From positions 1-45,600 of the IMG/VR virus record IMGVR_UViG_3300044724_000503: a stretch of DNA of 45,600 bases; one strand, written 5' to 3'. Below the pieces are notes generated by a model. That model was not told where the DNA came from. It was given only the letters and a program-made list of their open reading frames with translations, and searched no databases. The stretch is from a virus (lineage: Duplodnaviria > Caudoviricetes). Below are positions 36,093 through 45,437 of this stretch, in pieces; positions within the stretch are counted from its first letter, which is position 1; each line of letters opens with the position of its first letter. The position numbers and the translations under genes were made by a program.

Positions 36093-36483
36093 AACGGGAA
36101 CCATAGGCGAACATATATGCACTCTACGTTTATTAAAATCTGGTGTTGCTTGTTCCATCGTTAATCTTCAGACCGTTGATGTCATTGCTCATGACTATAG
36201 TAGAGTCTGGCGTATTCAGGTTAAGTCAAGCAGTCTTCGTGTAGAAAAGGGAAGAAAGGCTGGATACCATTTTAGCCTAGGTGTAGGCGGTAGGCGTAAA
36301 CGTCCTCTTACACCAATTGACTGTGATATTGTAGCTCTTGTTTCTATTGAACATGAACAAGTTGTGTTCTTTCCAGTTGCTAAGTTAGACAGTCAAAAAA
36401 CAAAACGTATGCTCACCAAAAGATTTTTAGACCCGCAGACAACAGTGAAAAGCTGGGAAAAATGTATGGACTACTTTGCTTAA
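36073..36483 (+). CDS. PD-(D/E)XK family endonuclease
   Basis: GTIGE..VDVIA..RIQVKS..DCDIVALV. Confidence 0.75.
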   Translation: MTQVAVETGTIGEHICTLRLLKSGVACSIVNLQTVDVIAHDYSRVWRIQVKSSSLRVEKGRKAGYHFSLGVGGRRKRPLTPIDCDIVALVSIEHEQVVFFPVAKLDSQKTKRMLTKRFLDPQTTVKSWEKCMDYFA

Positions 36484-38378
36484 CCCACTTCTCCCCAATT
36501 GTCTCCTAGCTCTTGGTCAACCTTGCTAGGCACCTTTAATTCCATACTGGTTTCCATAATCTCTGTGATCCTTGACGCTTGCTCCTCGGACTCGACATTG
36601 AAGCACAGTTCATCATGCACTGTTAACAAAGGCACCAACCCTTCTTTGTAACATTCGACCATAGCTTGTTTAGTTTGATCAGCCGCAGACCCTTGAATTA
36701 ATCTGTTCAAAGCTTTATAAGTAAATGCGCGGCGGATATTCAAACCATATTCAACTTCAGCTGCTTTCCTAGGCATAGGCTTGTTATAGCCAAATGTCGA
36801 GGGTTCCCACATATCGAAACGACATAATCGACCTAGGTAGGTACGAATCTGGCCATGTTTTTTCGCCGCGCCCGAAACCATGTCCGCTAGTCCTTTGACG
36901 AATGGCACCTTCTTGTGATACTCCGCCAGCAGTTCTTTAGCTTCATCTGTACTGATATCCATAGTGTGCGCTAACTTACCCACGCCCATACCGTACATAA
37001 TGCCAAGGTTTACAGTCTTTGCCTGCTTACGACTGATGCCTGCCATGTCTGCCACCATCTGATGGAAGTCAGCGTCACCTTTGTGATATTCTGCCACCAC
37101 ATCGTCAATAGATGCGTGACGATGTTTTTCACCAAGAGCAGCACAGTAATGAACCAAGAGCCTCGGCTCTTGACTTGAGTAGTCAAAGCTACCCCACTTG
37201 CAACCATCATCCGGTATAAACAAGCCACGGATCATTGCCTTAATCTCTGGATCTCGTGCAGGAATTTGCTGTAGGTTTGGATTGCTTGATGAGAACCGTC
37301 CTGTCACAGTTCCGCCATCATCCGACCGCAATTGATGGAACTCGCAGTGTATCCGTCCCTTGTGGGCAAACTTCAAAATGTTATCAATAAACGTGTTACT
37401 AGCCTTATCTAGTTCGCGAAGTCTAAGTATCTTTGCCGCAACTTCATGCGTACTGGCCTGCAAGAACGCTTTGGTAAAAGATGGTTGTCCGTTGTTCTCG
37501 GTCTTATTGTAATGCAGACCATAGTGGTCAAACACCTTGGCTACACTCTTCGCGACCCACGGCTCTATCTCTATACCTGTGCTATGCTTTATCTCCTTAA
37601 CTAGATCTTGCTTACGCTTGATCAATGTTTTCTTGGCTTGCTCTGCGTGATCAATGTTTACAGCTACACCCTTCTCCCGCATGTCAAGTAAGACTGGTAT
37701 CAGATCCGTCTCTAGCTTGAACACATCCATAAGACTTTGCTGTTCTAGTTGAACCTTAAATACATTCCACAGCTTCAGTGTGATCTCTGCATCCTTCTCG
37801 GCGTATGCCCCTACGAACCTAGAGTTCAAACGCCACATCTCTCCTTTAGGGTCAAAGCCGTAATCACTAGCGGCGGCACGCAGGGTCTTTTCATCCTTGC
37901 GCATGTTTAGATAGTCTCGACCCAAGTTGTTAAGGCTGTAACTGAACCTGTTCTCATCAAGCAAGGGAGCTGCTACCATGGTGTCGATTATCGTACCTTG
38001 AATCTTGACTCCTGCCCATCTTAGCCAGCCAGCATCATATGTAGCGTTATGCATGATCTTGGGGATGTTAGGCGTGTTAAGCTGATCCTGTAGCCATGTC
38101 ATGACTTTCTTTTGTGGGATGTTACCGCCACCTTCATGTGCGATAGGGTAGTAACCAACAAAGTCCCCAGCCGCTATAGCTACGCCAACTATGAACCCAT
38201 CACCTCGTGCCCATCCTGGGCCTAGTGTCATTAGGTTTGGATCACTTGTTTCAAGGTCAATAGCGATATACTCACTATTACGCAGATCAGGAAAACTGTC
38301 TGGTGGCACCCAATCTTTTTCTATTGTGTCAAGATCCATCCGGTGCAAGAAGCTGATCTGGCTCTTTTCCTTAGTCAT
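36480..38378 (-). CDS. polA: DNA polymerase family A with 3'-5' exonuclease
   Basis: ExoI DLET, ExoII HNATYD, ExoIII YAEKD; TGRFSSSNPNLQQIP; motif A DYSSQEPR, motif B KTVNLGIMYG, motif C VHDE. Start reassigned to ATG 38378. Confidence 0.96.
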   Translation of the reverse strand: MTKEKSQISFLHRMDLDTIEKDWVPPDSFPDLRNSEYIAIDLETSDPNLMTLGPGWARGDGFIVGVAIAAGDFVGYYPIAHEGGGNIPQKKVMTWLQDQLNTPNIPKIMHNATYDAGWLRWAGVKIQGTIIDTMVAAPLLDENRFSYSLNNLGRDYLNMRKDEKTLRAAASDYGFDPKGEMWRLNSRFVGAYAEKDAEITLKLWNVFKVQLEQQSLMDVFKLETDLIPVLLDMREKGVAVNIDHAEQAKKTLIKRKQDLVKEIKHSTGIEIEPWVAKSVAKVFDHYGLHYNKTENNGQPSFTKAFLQASTHEVAAKILRLRELDKASNTFIDNILKFAHKGRIHCEFHQLRSDDGGTVTGRFSSSNPNLQQIPARDPEIKAMIRGLFIPDDGCKWGSFDYSSQEPRLLVHYCAALGEKHRHASIDDVVAEYHKGDADFHQMVADMAGISRKQAKTVNLGIMYGMGVGKLAHTMDISTDEAKELLAEYHKKVPFVKGLADMVSGAAKKHGQIRTYLGRLCRFDMWEPSTFGYNKPMPRKAAEVEYGLNIRRAFTYKALNRLIQGSAADQTKQAMVECYKEGLVPLLTVHDELCFNVESEEQASRITEIMETSMELKVPSKVDQELGDNWGEVG

Positions 38379-38646
38379 CTGCAAGTTCTCCACCGCAGGC
38401 CATGTAACCACAAGCATCAACCCAGTTATCTTGATGATGTGGATTAGATGCAATCCGAGCAATCTTTAGCAAGGTCATCTTAACCGCACAATCCATTCCC
38501 ATGGGCAGGTCATCCGGCTTTATACTGTCCCACCAATACCAAGCAGTTTCAATGTTGGTAAAGTTGTTCTCCATTTCACCATGTTGAGATGCTCGGTCTT
38601 TGGTTACATAACCTTTTGCTGTATCTAATATTTCTGATCTTTTCAT
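38371..38646 (-). CDS. DUF6378-like phage protein
   Basis: IL..A...V..DR...HG....NF..I...W..M.LLKIAR......DNWVD..GY.ACGGE. Confidence 0.75.
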   Translation of the reverse strand: MKRSEILDTAKGYVTKDRASQHGEMENNFTNIETAWYWWDSIKPDDLPMGMDCAVKMTLLKIARIASNPHHQDNWVDACGYMACGGELADD

Positions 38647-38825
38647 TTTATCTTCCAGTCAACTCCGAGTTCGGTGGTTAAACAAAAGTGTGCTTCAGGA
38701 AACATCTTCCATGTTCTTTGCGTCATTGCTACATGGCACTCAGAGATAGATTCGTGCCGACTCAAAACATCAACTCTACCTTCGCTGGCTGAAGTCATTG
38801 TTACCATTATCAAAAGATACTTCAT
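38643..38825 (-). CDS. Small hypothetical protein with hydrophobic N-terminus
   Basis: ATGA coupling at both ends. Confidence 0.6.
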   Translation of the reverse strand: MKYLLIMVTMTSASEGRVDVLSRHESISECHVAMTQRTWKMFPEAHFCLTTELGVDWKIK

Positions 38826-40342
38826 ATGACATACCTATATTTTGCTTGTGAATCAATAATATGCAGGTTGTGCCGTGCTCGTGTTATACCTGTATAGAAG
38901 ACTCGATGTTCATCGTCTTGATCAGGGTTGCTGACGGCTGGATACGAAGAGTCTGTCAACAGCATAATGTTATCATCCTCGCCGCCCTTCATACGGTGGA
39001 TGGTTGACAGTTTTATACGAGGCTTATGAAGATCCTCTCCCCTACGTTTGATTGCTTTTACATACGTTATGTCTTCTTGTGACATGTTGACAACAAGTTC
39101 TGGTCGCGTGTCTTTGGGTGCGATAAGTCCATGATTTGCAACGAGTTCATCATAACCAAACAATCCTTCAGGATCTACTGCTTCAAAGGTTTTCTTTGCG
39201 CCACGCTTTAACAGAGCCTTGGCTCCTTGCTTTGGCATCAGATCATATAAGTCCTTCAAGCTACCCACGCTTACGCTTTTGCCGGATGCAATCGCGTTCC
39301 ATGTGTTGATGCCCTCCAAATATGCTGGGTTAAGACTAGGCCTGCCGTACCGTTCAAACAGGTATCCATCGTCTCGTAAACTATTGTGAATGTTGTTCAA
39401 GGATCTGTTGGTTCTAGCCATTATAGTCCACGAACCTTCATCAATGTTCACATCAAACCAGTTCATGTGAAAATCGGTGAAACCTTCATCGTCTCTCGGT
39501 TGCCAGTCCTTGTGCTGACGATACCCGATACGCTTCACTACATGATTGGCTAGATTGAACACGGATCTCGGCACTCGGTAGCTTTGATTTAGCACACGTT
39601 TATTGTCCGAGGCGTTCATGAAACTGCTTATGTCCACACCATTCCAGCGGTGTATGCATTGGTCATCATCTCCGGCGTACCATACTCTCGCCGCATTCTC
39701 CTTGAGTATGAGAACCTGCTTCCATTGTAGCGGTGTAAGATCTTGTGCCTCATCAACTATGAGGACTTCTAAACTCGGAGCCGTACCCTGCTTTACGAAT
39801 AGCTCAATCATGTCGGTGTAATCGAATTTACCGAGTTCACTTTTGTAAAGAGAATAGACTTCGTTAACTCTTTTCAACAAAGACCAATGTAAAGTGTAGT
39901 CGCCGCGATCACTGTATTCCTGTTCCATGGTTATACAACGGAGCTTGGCGCGACTGATAATTTCTAAATATCTATTGCCCTCTTTTTGTGACAGAGGAAC
40001 TAACCCTTCCTCCATAATTTCGGCAGTGTTGGTGTCAAAGGATAAACCGAGCACACCGCCCAGCTTCCTAAAATCTTCAGGCTGCATAGTGTCTCTTTTA
40101 TCCATGCCAAGCCAGTTGAAGCCAATGGAGTGTAATGTCTTGAACCAAGGTACATCTTTTTCTGTCAACCTTAATTCTTTACCGACCCTATGTCTGGCTT
40201 CTTCAATCGACTTTCTGGAGAAGGACACAAACCCTATACGATCTGGAGGCGTACCACGTTGCAGTTCTTCACGCACAATGTTGATCATCGTGTGTGTTTT
40301 ACCGCAACCAGGAGGCCCAAAGATCAGGGTTTCCTCACTCAT
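38822..40342 (-). CDS. Superfamily 1 (UvrD/Rep-like) helicase
   Basis: GPPGCGKT, TLHS, VDEAQD, AGDDDQ, QSYR, STIHRMKGGE and YTGITRA. Confidence 0.92.
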   Translation of the reverse strand: MSEETLIFGPPGCGKTHTMINIVREELQRGTPPDRIGFVSFSRKSIEEARHRVGKELRLTEKDVPWFKTLHSIGFNWLGMDKRDTMQPEDFRKLGGVLGLSFDTNTAEIMEEGLVPLSQKEGNRYLEIISRAKLRCITMEQEYSDRGDYTLHWSLLKRVNEVYSLYKSELGKFDYTDMIELFVKQGTAPSLEVLIVDEAQDLTPLQWKQVLILKENAARVWYAGDDDQCIHRWNGVDISSFMNASDNKRVLNQSYRVPRSVFNLANHVVKRIGYRQHKDWQPRDDEGFTDFHMNWFDVNIDEGSWTIMARTNRSLNNIHNSLRDDGYLFERYGRPSLNPAYLEGINTWNAIASGKSVSVGSLKDLYDLMPKQGAKALLKRGAKKTFEAVDPEGLFGYDELVANHGLIAPKDTRPELVVNMSQEDITYVKAIKRRGEDLHKPRIKLSTIHRMKGGEDDNIMLLTDSSYPAVSNPDQDDEHRVFYTGITRARHNLHIIDSQAKYRYVI

Positions 40343-40562
40343 CAGTCATCTCGCGAGGACGTTCAGCGATCCAGTTTTCTACTTCTTCTACATTCCAACG
40401 AGATACACTAACCCTGCCATCTGGTTTGTGAGATCCGAATACAAACGGCTTGGGGAAGTGCCCTTCCTCAACCCACTTATATATTGTGGATCTGGATACC
40501 CCCAACATATTAGCAAGATCACCGACCTTCATGTAGGACGGTAAATCAGAACGGGATGTCAT
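40335..40562 (-). CDS. AlpA / excisionase-like helix-turn-helix protein
   Basis: LANMLGVSRSTIYKWVEEGHFPKP..SRW...EVENW. Confidence 0.85.
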   Translation of the reverse strand: MTSRSDLPSYMKVGDLANMLGVSRSTIYKWVEEGHFPKPFVFGSHKPDGRVSVSRWNVEEVENWIAERPREMTDE

Positions 40563-42081
40563 TAAATTTCTCCTTTACTGGTAAATTAACTTCACTCGTA
40601 TCAAACTCTGGCACATGCCATACACGCAGGTTTTTCCACTGGCCAGTAACCTCATCCTTCAGCTTATAGATGCTGTTACACTCCTGCCCTCCATTCAAAT
40701 CCTTGAGTCTCTCCTGTATTTGAGGTCGCTTATATTCGTTGAATCCTCGATTACGCAGGAACTCCATAAGACCTTTTAACGTAAACAATGTAAGATCATT
40801 TTCAGTCCAAGGCTTACCCATGATCATTTCTTCTGGTGACCGCGCCCTAATACGGCTGGTGCAGAAGATTTCAAGCAGTTCTTCAAACTGACCCTTAAAC
40901 GTCAGTTCTTTCGGAACCTCGATAGCTGTTGCGTTTTGCAACATGTTGTTAACCACTACCTGCCAATCCTGTGACTTCAACAGTGGCGGCATGGTATCAA
41001 TCTGTTCCATACAGGCTCGTTGAAACTGAAGCGGCATCTGTAGTTGCTCTGTTGTCAACTCCAATCGTTTACCGTCAACGTCCATAAAATATAAACGTGG
41101 CTCAGACTTTAGGACAGTTAACCCGCCTATAACAGGCATAGAGTCACTACTACCTATGCCAAACTTAGCGGCACGACACGCTGCCTTGTCACAATGACTG
41201 GACATCGGTTCTTCTTTACACAGGTAACCATATTCTTTTTTGTCATGCTGATTTTGTATCGTAACAACTTCACTAGCTGGCAGTGAGGGTTTGCAATACT
41301 TCTGGTTCCACTTTTCCAAAGTGGACTTCCAATTGTCTGGATACATGAGCTTGGCTGTGACCGCCGCATGAAACATAACTTTGTTTCTGGTGCCGTCAGG
41401 TACAGATGTGGCAAACATAATCCGCAGACACGGCGGCATGTTCTTCAGTTCAGTGTCTTCGTCTATGAACTGTAGCTTACGCAATTTTTCTAGTGTGGTG
41501 CTTTGCTTCTCAACCATAGTCAAGAAGTCCTCAAAGCTGACCTCCTCGCCCTTTTCATCAATGGCGTAACGAAGTGTATTCTTCTGGTCAAAATATGGCA
41601 GGTTGATAAAGTTGCCAACGTCACCACGTTCAGCAAGGATCTTATCCTGCTTGGGAAATACTTCACAGCCACCAAAACCTAAAACCGCAGCGAACTCGGT
41701 CAGGTGGTCGCGCATATCTGTTGCACTAATCCAGTCCTTAGTAAACAAGAACAGGTGTGCGCCTCCAGATTTAGAGCGGCAAACAATCAAAGGAATTTTG
41801 AAACGGCGGCACTTCTTTAATATTTCAAGGTGGTCAATCGGATAGGTGTCAATGTCTAATGCACCAAACTTACACATGTTCTTATTGTTAATAGGTATTG
41901 ATCCGATACCATGCTCCCCATTCAGATGCCCCTGCACCAGTTCTTTAGTAAGGGGTTCCCGAACAATGAAACTTTTAGCCTCTGTCTTTCCGTTTCTTCT
42001 TGTGCTTCCTACTGTTGTCTGACCGTGTGCAACGCTTGATCCTTCAAACGCAGACATGAAGCGGTCAATGAAATCCATCAT
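40546..42081 (-). CDS. Archaeo-eukaryotic-type primase with PriCT-like domain
   Basis: FGALDID (DxD), RSKSGGAHLFLF, EVFPKQ..GNFINLPY; PPCL..GTRN..PSLP..EV. Confidence 0.8.
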   Translation of the reverse strand: MMDFIDRFMSAFEGSSVAHGQTTVGSTRRNGKTEAKSFIVREPLTKELVQGHLNGEHGIGSIPINNKNMCKFGALDIDTYPIDHLEILKKCRRFKIPLIVCRSKSGGAHLFLFTKDWISATDMRDHLTEFAAVLGFGGCEVFPKQDKILAERGDVGNFINLPYFDQKNTLRYAIDEKGEEVSFEDFLTMVEKQSTTLEKLRKLQFIDEDTELKNMPPCLRIMFATSVPDGTRNKVMFHAAVTAKLMYPDNWKSTLEKWNQKYCKPSLPASEVVTIQNQHDKKEYGYLCKEEPMSSHCDKAACRAAKFGIGSSDSMPVIGGLTVLKSEPRLYFMDVDGKRLELTTEQLQMPLQFQRACMEQIDTMPPLLKSQDWQVVVNNMLQNATAIEVPKELTFKGQFEELLEIFCTSRIRARSPEEMIMGKPWTENDLTLFTLKGLMEFLRNRGFNEYKRPQIQERLKDLNGGQECNSIYKLKDEVTGQWKNLRVWHVPEFDTSEVNLPVKEKFNDIPF

Positions 42082-42092
42082 ATACTCCGTGC

Positions 42093-42117
42093 AAGAAGGG
42101 GGAGGCGAACCTCCCCC
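42093..42117 (-). terminator. GC-rich hairpin with UUCG loop and weak U tract between ssb and primase
   Basis: Minus strand reads GGGGGAGG-TTCG-CCTCCCCC-TTCTT. Confidence 0.65.
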
Positions 42118-42124
42118 AAGTCAA

Positions 42125-42937
42125 CTAAAATGGAATGTCATCGTCCTGTGGTGGCGTAGATGAAGAATTAGTAGTCTTCATCTCATCGTCAGCCGCAGCC
42201 TTAACTTCACCTTTTGTTATTGACGCACGGAACTCTTTGGCTTCATCAAAGACAGCCTTGTCCTGCACAAAGCCAACCTTTTCGATTGACCAGTTATACC
42301 AAGACCGCAATGAACCATCGACAGTCTTAGACTCTTCAATTACAGACAACTTCCACATGGTCGCAAATAATGCCGGAGTACGCATGTTGCCTTGCGCATC
42401 CTTAACCTTCTGCATAGCAATCTGTGTTTTCCAACGGCGACTAACCTTCAAGCCTGTTGACTTAAAGTCAATGATAGCTTTCTGGGTCATGCCATCTTCA
42501 CCAAACACCAAGCAATAGTGCTGATCTGTCTTAATGACCTCGTTACCATTCGCAAGAAACTCTTTGGCACCTTGGCGAGTAGTTTGAGTCAGGCGCGGAT
42601 CGGATGGGTCGATAGGCCCTAGATACCCGCCCCCCTGATCTTCAGGGATAAACTCTGGGTACACAGTTGCCTGATAACAAGGAATCACCGTGATGCCCTT
42701 CTCACCGTCCCAAGTCTCCTTGGTCAGGGTGTTGAACACATCGCCTTGATTAAGACCAGCGATATACTTTGCATCGCTTTTCTTGAGTTGCGGTGATGTG
42801 CCTTGGGCGACACGAACAAATGGGATCTCCAGTTCTGACGCATCAAAGTCAATGCCTTCTCCGGCAGTTAACAGGATGTCATCCATAATTGTAGCTGGCA
42901 GTCCAGCTTCTTCTTTTTTCACTACATTATTAGCCAT
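42125..42937 (-). CDS. Putative single-stranded DNA-binding protein
   Basis: Located in the replication operon, has an acidic DDDIPF C-terminal tail and is followed by a hairpin. Confidence 0.65.
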   Translation of the reverse strand: MANNVVKKEEAGLPATIMDDILLTAGEGIDFDASELEIPFVRVAQGTSPQLKKSDAKYIAGLNQGDVFNTLTKETWDGEKGITVIPCYQATVYPEFIPEDQGGGYLGPIDPSDPRLTQTTRQGAKEFLANGNEVIKTDQHYCLVFGEDGMTQKAIIDFKSTGLKVSRRWKTQIAMQKVKDAQGNMRTPALFATMWKLSVIEESKTVDGSLRSWYNWSIEKVGFVQDKAVFDEAKEFRASITKGEVKAAADDEMKTTNSSSTPPQDDDIPF

Positions 42938-42939
42938 CT

Positions 42940-43509
42940 TTATTTCCTCTTCACATCAGCAGTTCTAGCTACATATGCTCCAAACATATCCAAGTCGATA
43001 GGCAAACCTTTCTCTACACGCTCTCTTACAAACGCTTTGAGTGTCATCGCATGAATATGAGTTTTTTGTTCAGGATGGAAACCCTTCTGCTCAAGGTCGT
43101 ACATAACGTCCCCAGCAGCGTTGTCCTGACCACGACCAAACGACACGATGATGTCGTTCTTTATGATGTCATCCAGACCATGTTCACGGAGCCAATTAAA
43201 TGCGTCCTGCTTCCGATCCGCAGGGATACTCGCTGATACAAACGGTTTTAGTTGAACGGTAGCTCCATCCACATCAACACGTTCAATGCCCATCTCATCC
43301 ATGAGCATTGGTATCTGTTCAAACGATATCCGCTGTTTGTCCTGCTTAAGTGCCTTCAGATGTTCTTCAGCCTCATCAATTTGCTGCTGAATACTATTTA
43401 ACTGACGCACCAGACTGGACAGTTGTTTGCCGCCATCCGCGTCTACACCACCTAGTGTATCTGCATCAGCGAACATTTCTTCATCAAAGATATTTTCACT
43501 CTGCTTCAT
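42940..43509 (-). CDS. Conserved phage replication-module protein
   Basis: Coiled coil, IP.LM.EMG, AFNWLREHGLDDIIKN and IHAMTLKAFVRE. Confidence 0.75.
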   Translation of the reverse strand: MKQSENIFDEEMFADADTLGGVDADGGKQLSSLVRQLNSIQQQIDEAEEHLKALKQDKQRISFEQIPMLMDEMGIERVDVDGATVQLKPFVSASIPADRKQDAFNWLREHGLDDIIKNDIIVSFGRGQDNAAGDVMYDLEQKGFHPEQKTHIHAMTLKAFVRERVEKGLPIDLDMFGAYVARTADVKRK

Positions 43510-43538
43510 AGCAAGTACATCCTCTTCAGGTTTATGGG

Positions 43539-43567
43539 TTGACGGACTCGTTCCGAACCCTTATGTT
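43539..43567 (+). promoter_or_regulatory. Sigma70-type promoter for the rightward SNF2 operon
   Basis: TTGACG-17 nt-TATGTT upstream of SD AGGAGG. Confidence 0.65.
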
Positions 43568-43570
43568 TGT

Positions 43571-43600
43571 ACCATATAGGAGGATATAGATGAAAGTCAA
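43571..43600 (-). promoter_or_regulatory. Sigma70-type promoter for the leftward replication operon
   Basis: Minus strand TTGACT-18 nt-TATGGT. Confidence 0.55.
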
Positions 43601-45059
43601 CTATAAATTAAAAACTGAACCATATGCGCATCAAATGGAGGCATTGTCTCGTAGTATAACGGAAGATAAGTTTGCCTTTTTCATGGAGATGGGCACTGGT
43701 AAGTCCAAAGTTCTTATTGATACTATTGCGACTATTGCAGGGCAAGACCGAATACGTTTTGCTTTTATCATTGCACCAAAGGGTGTATATCGCAATTGGG
43801 TCGAGAAAGAAATACCAGAGCACTTCTCAGATGAAGTGTTGTATCGAGTTTTTTATTGGCAGTCCAAAAAAACTAAAGCTTATGAAAAGGATCTTAAAGA
43901 GTTTTTCCGGAACGATGATCCTGGTGTCAGGATATTTGTAATGAACATTGAGGCGTTTAGTTCCTTGCGGGGTAAAAACATAGCTCAATGGATTACGGTT
44001 CGGTTCGGTTTCCAAGGTCTGATTGCCATAGATGAAAGCACTACAATCAAAAACTCAACAGCTAAACGCACTAAAGTCCTTACTAAACTAGCTCCTTTGT
44101 TTAAGTACCGTAGGCTTCTTACTGGCTCTCCTGTCACAAAAGCACCAATGGATTTGTTTTCTCAGTGCGAGTTTCTTGAACCTGGCCTCTTGGGTTACGA
44201 GTCGTATTACTCCTTCATGCATAGGTTCGCAGTTTTGCGTAAGATAGAGATGGGTGCGCATTCATTTCAAAAGGTGGTCGGTTACAGAAACATGGATGAG
44301 CTAACTCGTAAGATTGATGAGTTTAGTTATCGGGTCTTGAAGAAAGACTGCCTTGATCTGCCTGAAAAAACATACACTGTGCGTTATGTTCCCATGAGTC
44401 CAGAACAGCTAAGTATGTATATGGATCTACAAAAAGAAGCTGTCTTACTTCTTGATAACGGGGAACTAGTTACTGCCATGCAGGTCATGACACAGATGTT
44501 ACGAGTACAACAAATCCTGTCAGGCCACGTTAAAACAGACGATGGCGAAATGATCGAGGTTCCAACCAAACGTCTTGATGCATTATTAGAATGTATTGAA
44601 GAGTCAAGCGGAAAGATCTTGATATGGTCACGCTTCAGATATGATATAATAAAGATAACCGCCGCCCTCAACAAAGCATATGGTGAGGGGTCAGCGGCGG
44701 CATACTTCGGGGATACCCCAGACGATGAGCGTCAGCGAATTGTCAAGGACTTCCAATCTCCGTTGTCTGATCTGAGGTTCTTTGTCGGGAATCCAGCAAC
44801 AGCAGGATATGGCCTCACGCTAACAGAGGCTAATACGGTGATCTATTATGCTAATGACTTTAACCTTGAAACTCGGATCCAGTCAGAAGATCGTTGTCAC
44901 CGGATCGGACAAAAGAACCCCGTTACCTACATAGACTTGATTTCGGAGGGCACGATTGATGAAAAGATCGTGGGTTCTCTACGAAATAAAATTGATATTG
45001 GCGCAAAAGTATTAGGAGAAGAGGCAAGAAAATGGCTGACATTAAACCCCAAATCTTAG
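43590..45059 (+). CDS. SNF2-family (SF2) helicase/ATPase
   Basis: MEMGTGKS, IDES, LLTGSP, GYGLTLT and QSEDRCHRIGQ. Confidence 0.92.
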   Translation: MKVNYKLKTEPYAHQMEALSRSITEDKFAFFMEMGTGKSKVLIDTIATIAGQDRIRFAFIIAPKGVYRNWVEKEIPEHFSDEVLYRVFYWQSKKTKAYEKDLKEFFRNDDPGVRIFVMNIEAFSSLRGKNIAQWITVRFGFQGLIAIDESTTIKNSTAKRTKVLTKLAPLFKYRRLLTGSPVTKAPMDLFSQCEFLEPGLLGYESYYSFMHRFAVLRKIEMGAHSFQKVVGYRNMDELTRKIDEFSYRVLKKDCLDLPEKTYTVRYVPMSPEQLSMYMDLQKEAVLLLDNGELVTAMQVMTQMLRVQQILSGHVKTDDGEMIEVPTKRLDALLECIEESSGKILIWSRFRYDIIKITAALNKAYGEGSAAAYFGDTPDDERQRIVKDFQSPLSDLRFFVGNPATAGYGLTLTEANTVIYYANDFNLETRIQSEDRCHRIGQKNPVTYIDLISEGTIDEKIVGSLRNKIDIGAKVLGEEARKWLTLNPKS

Positions 45060-45256
45060 GAAGCATTGACGTTTTGGTAGACTACAAAAAGGGAAACCTC
45101 ACGTTGCCGCAAACAGTTGACAGGTTCCGCAAACTAACAGGCTTGACTGAAACTGTGGCTGAAAAATTTATAAGGGGGATGTCTCGTGACAATGTCGTGT
45201 CGCTACAGGCAAAGAGAAATGTCGTTGAGTCAGAGTCGGAGAAGATTAATGATTGA
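45032..45256 (+). CDS. Hypothetical protein
   Basis: ORF overlapping the helicase end with upstream GAGG. Confidence 0.6.
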   Translation: MADIKPQILGSIDVLVDYKKGNLTLPQTVDRFRKLTGLTETVAEKFIRGMSRDNVVSLQAKRNVVESESEKIND

Positions 45257-45437
45257 GAAAGGTGATGGCACTCTCTCTAAATTAATGAAGAATGGGTTAT
45301 GTCCTCGATGCCATAGTGGTCTACCACTCGTTGAAGTTCATGGTCATACACAATGTGCAACCTGTAAACTTGTGGTCGGGGAATGTTGCACAGGGGAAAC
45401 GGCTGATGACTGGCCTGTAGATCGGGCTGATGACTAA
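45249..45437 (+). CDS. Small zinc-ribbon protein
   Basis: CPRC..VHGHTQCATC....ECC.GE; start reassigned to ATG 45249. Confidence 0.7.
   Translation: MIEKGDGTLSKLMKNGLCPRCHSGLPLVEVHGHTQCATCKLVVGECCTGETADDWPVDRADD

Noticed and set aside
39927-40544. 205-aa + strand ORF opposite the helicase
   Set aside because: Antisense shadow with no recognisable features.
40335-40562. Evidence of lysogeny from the excisionase-like HTH
   Set aside because: No integrase, repressor or att site is visible; AlpA-type HTH proteins also occur as plain regulators.
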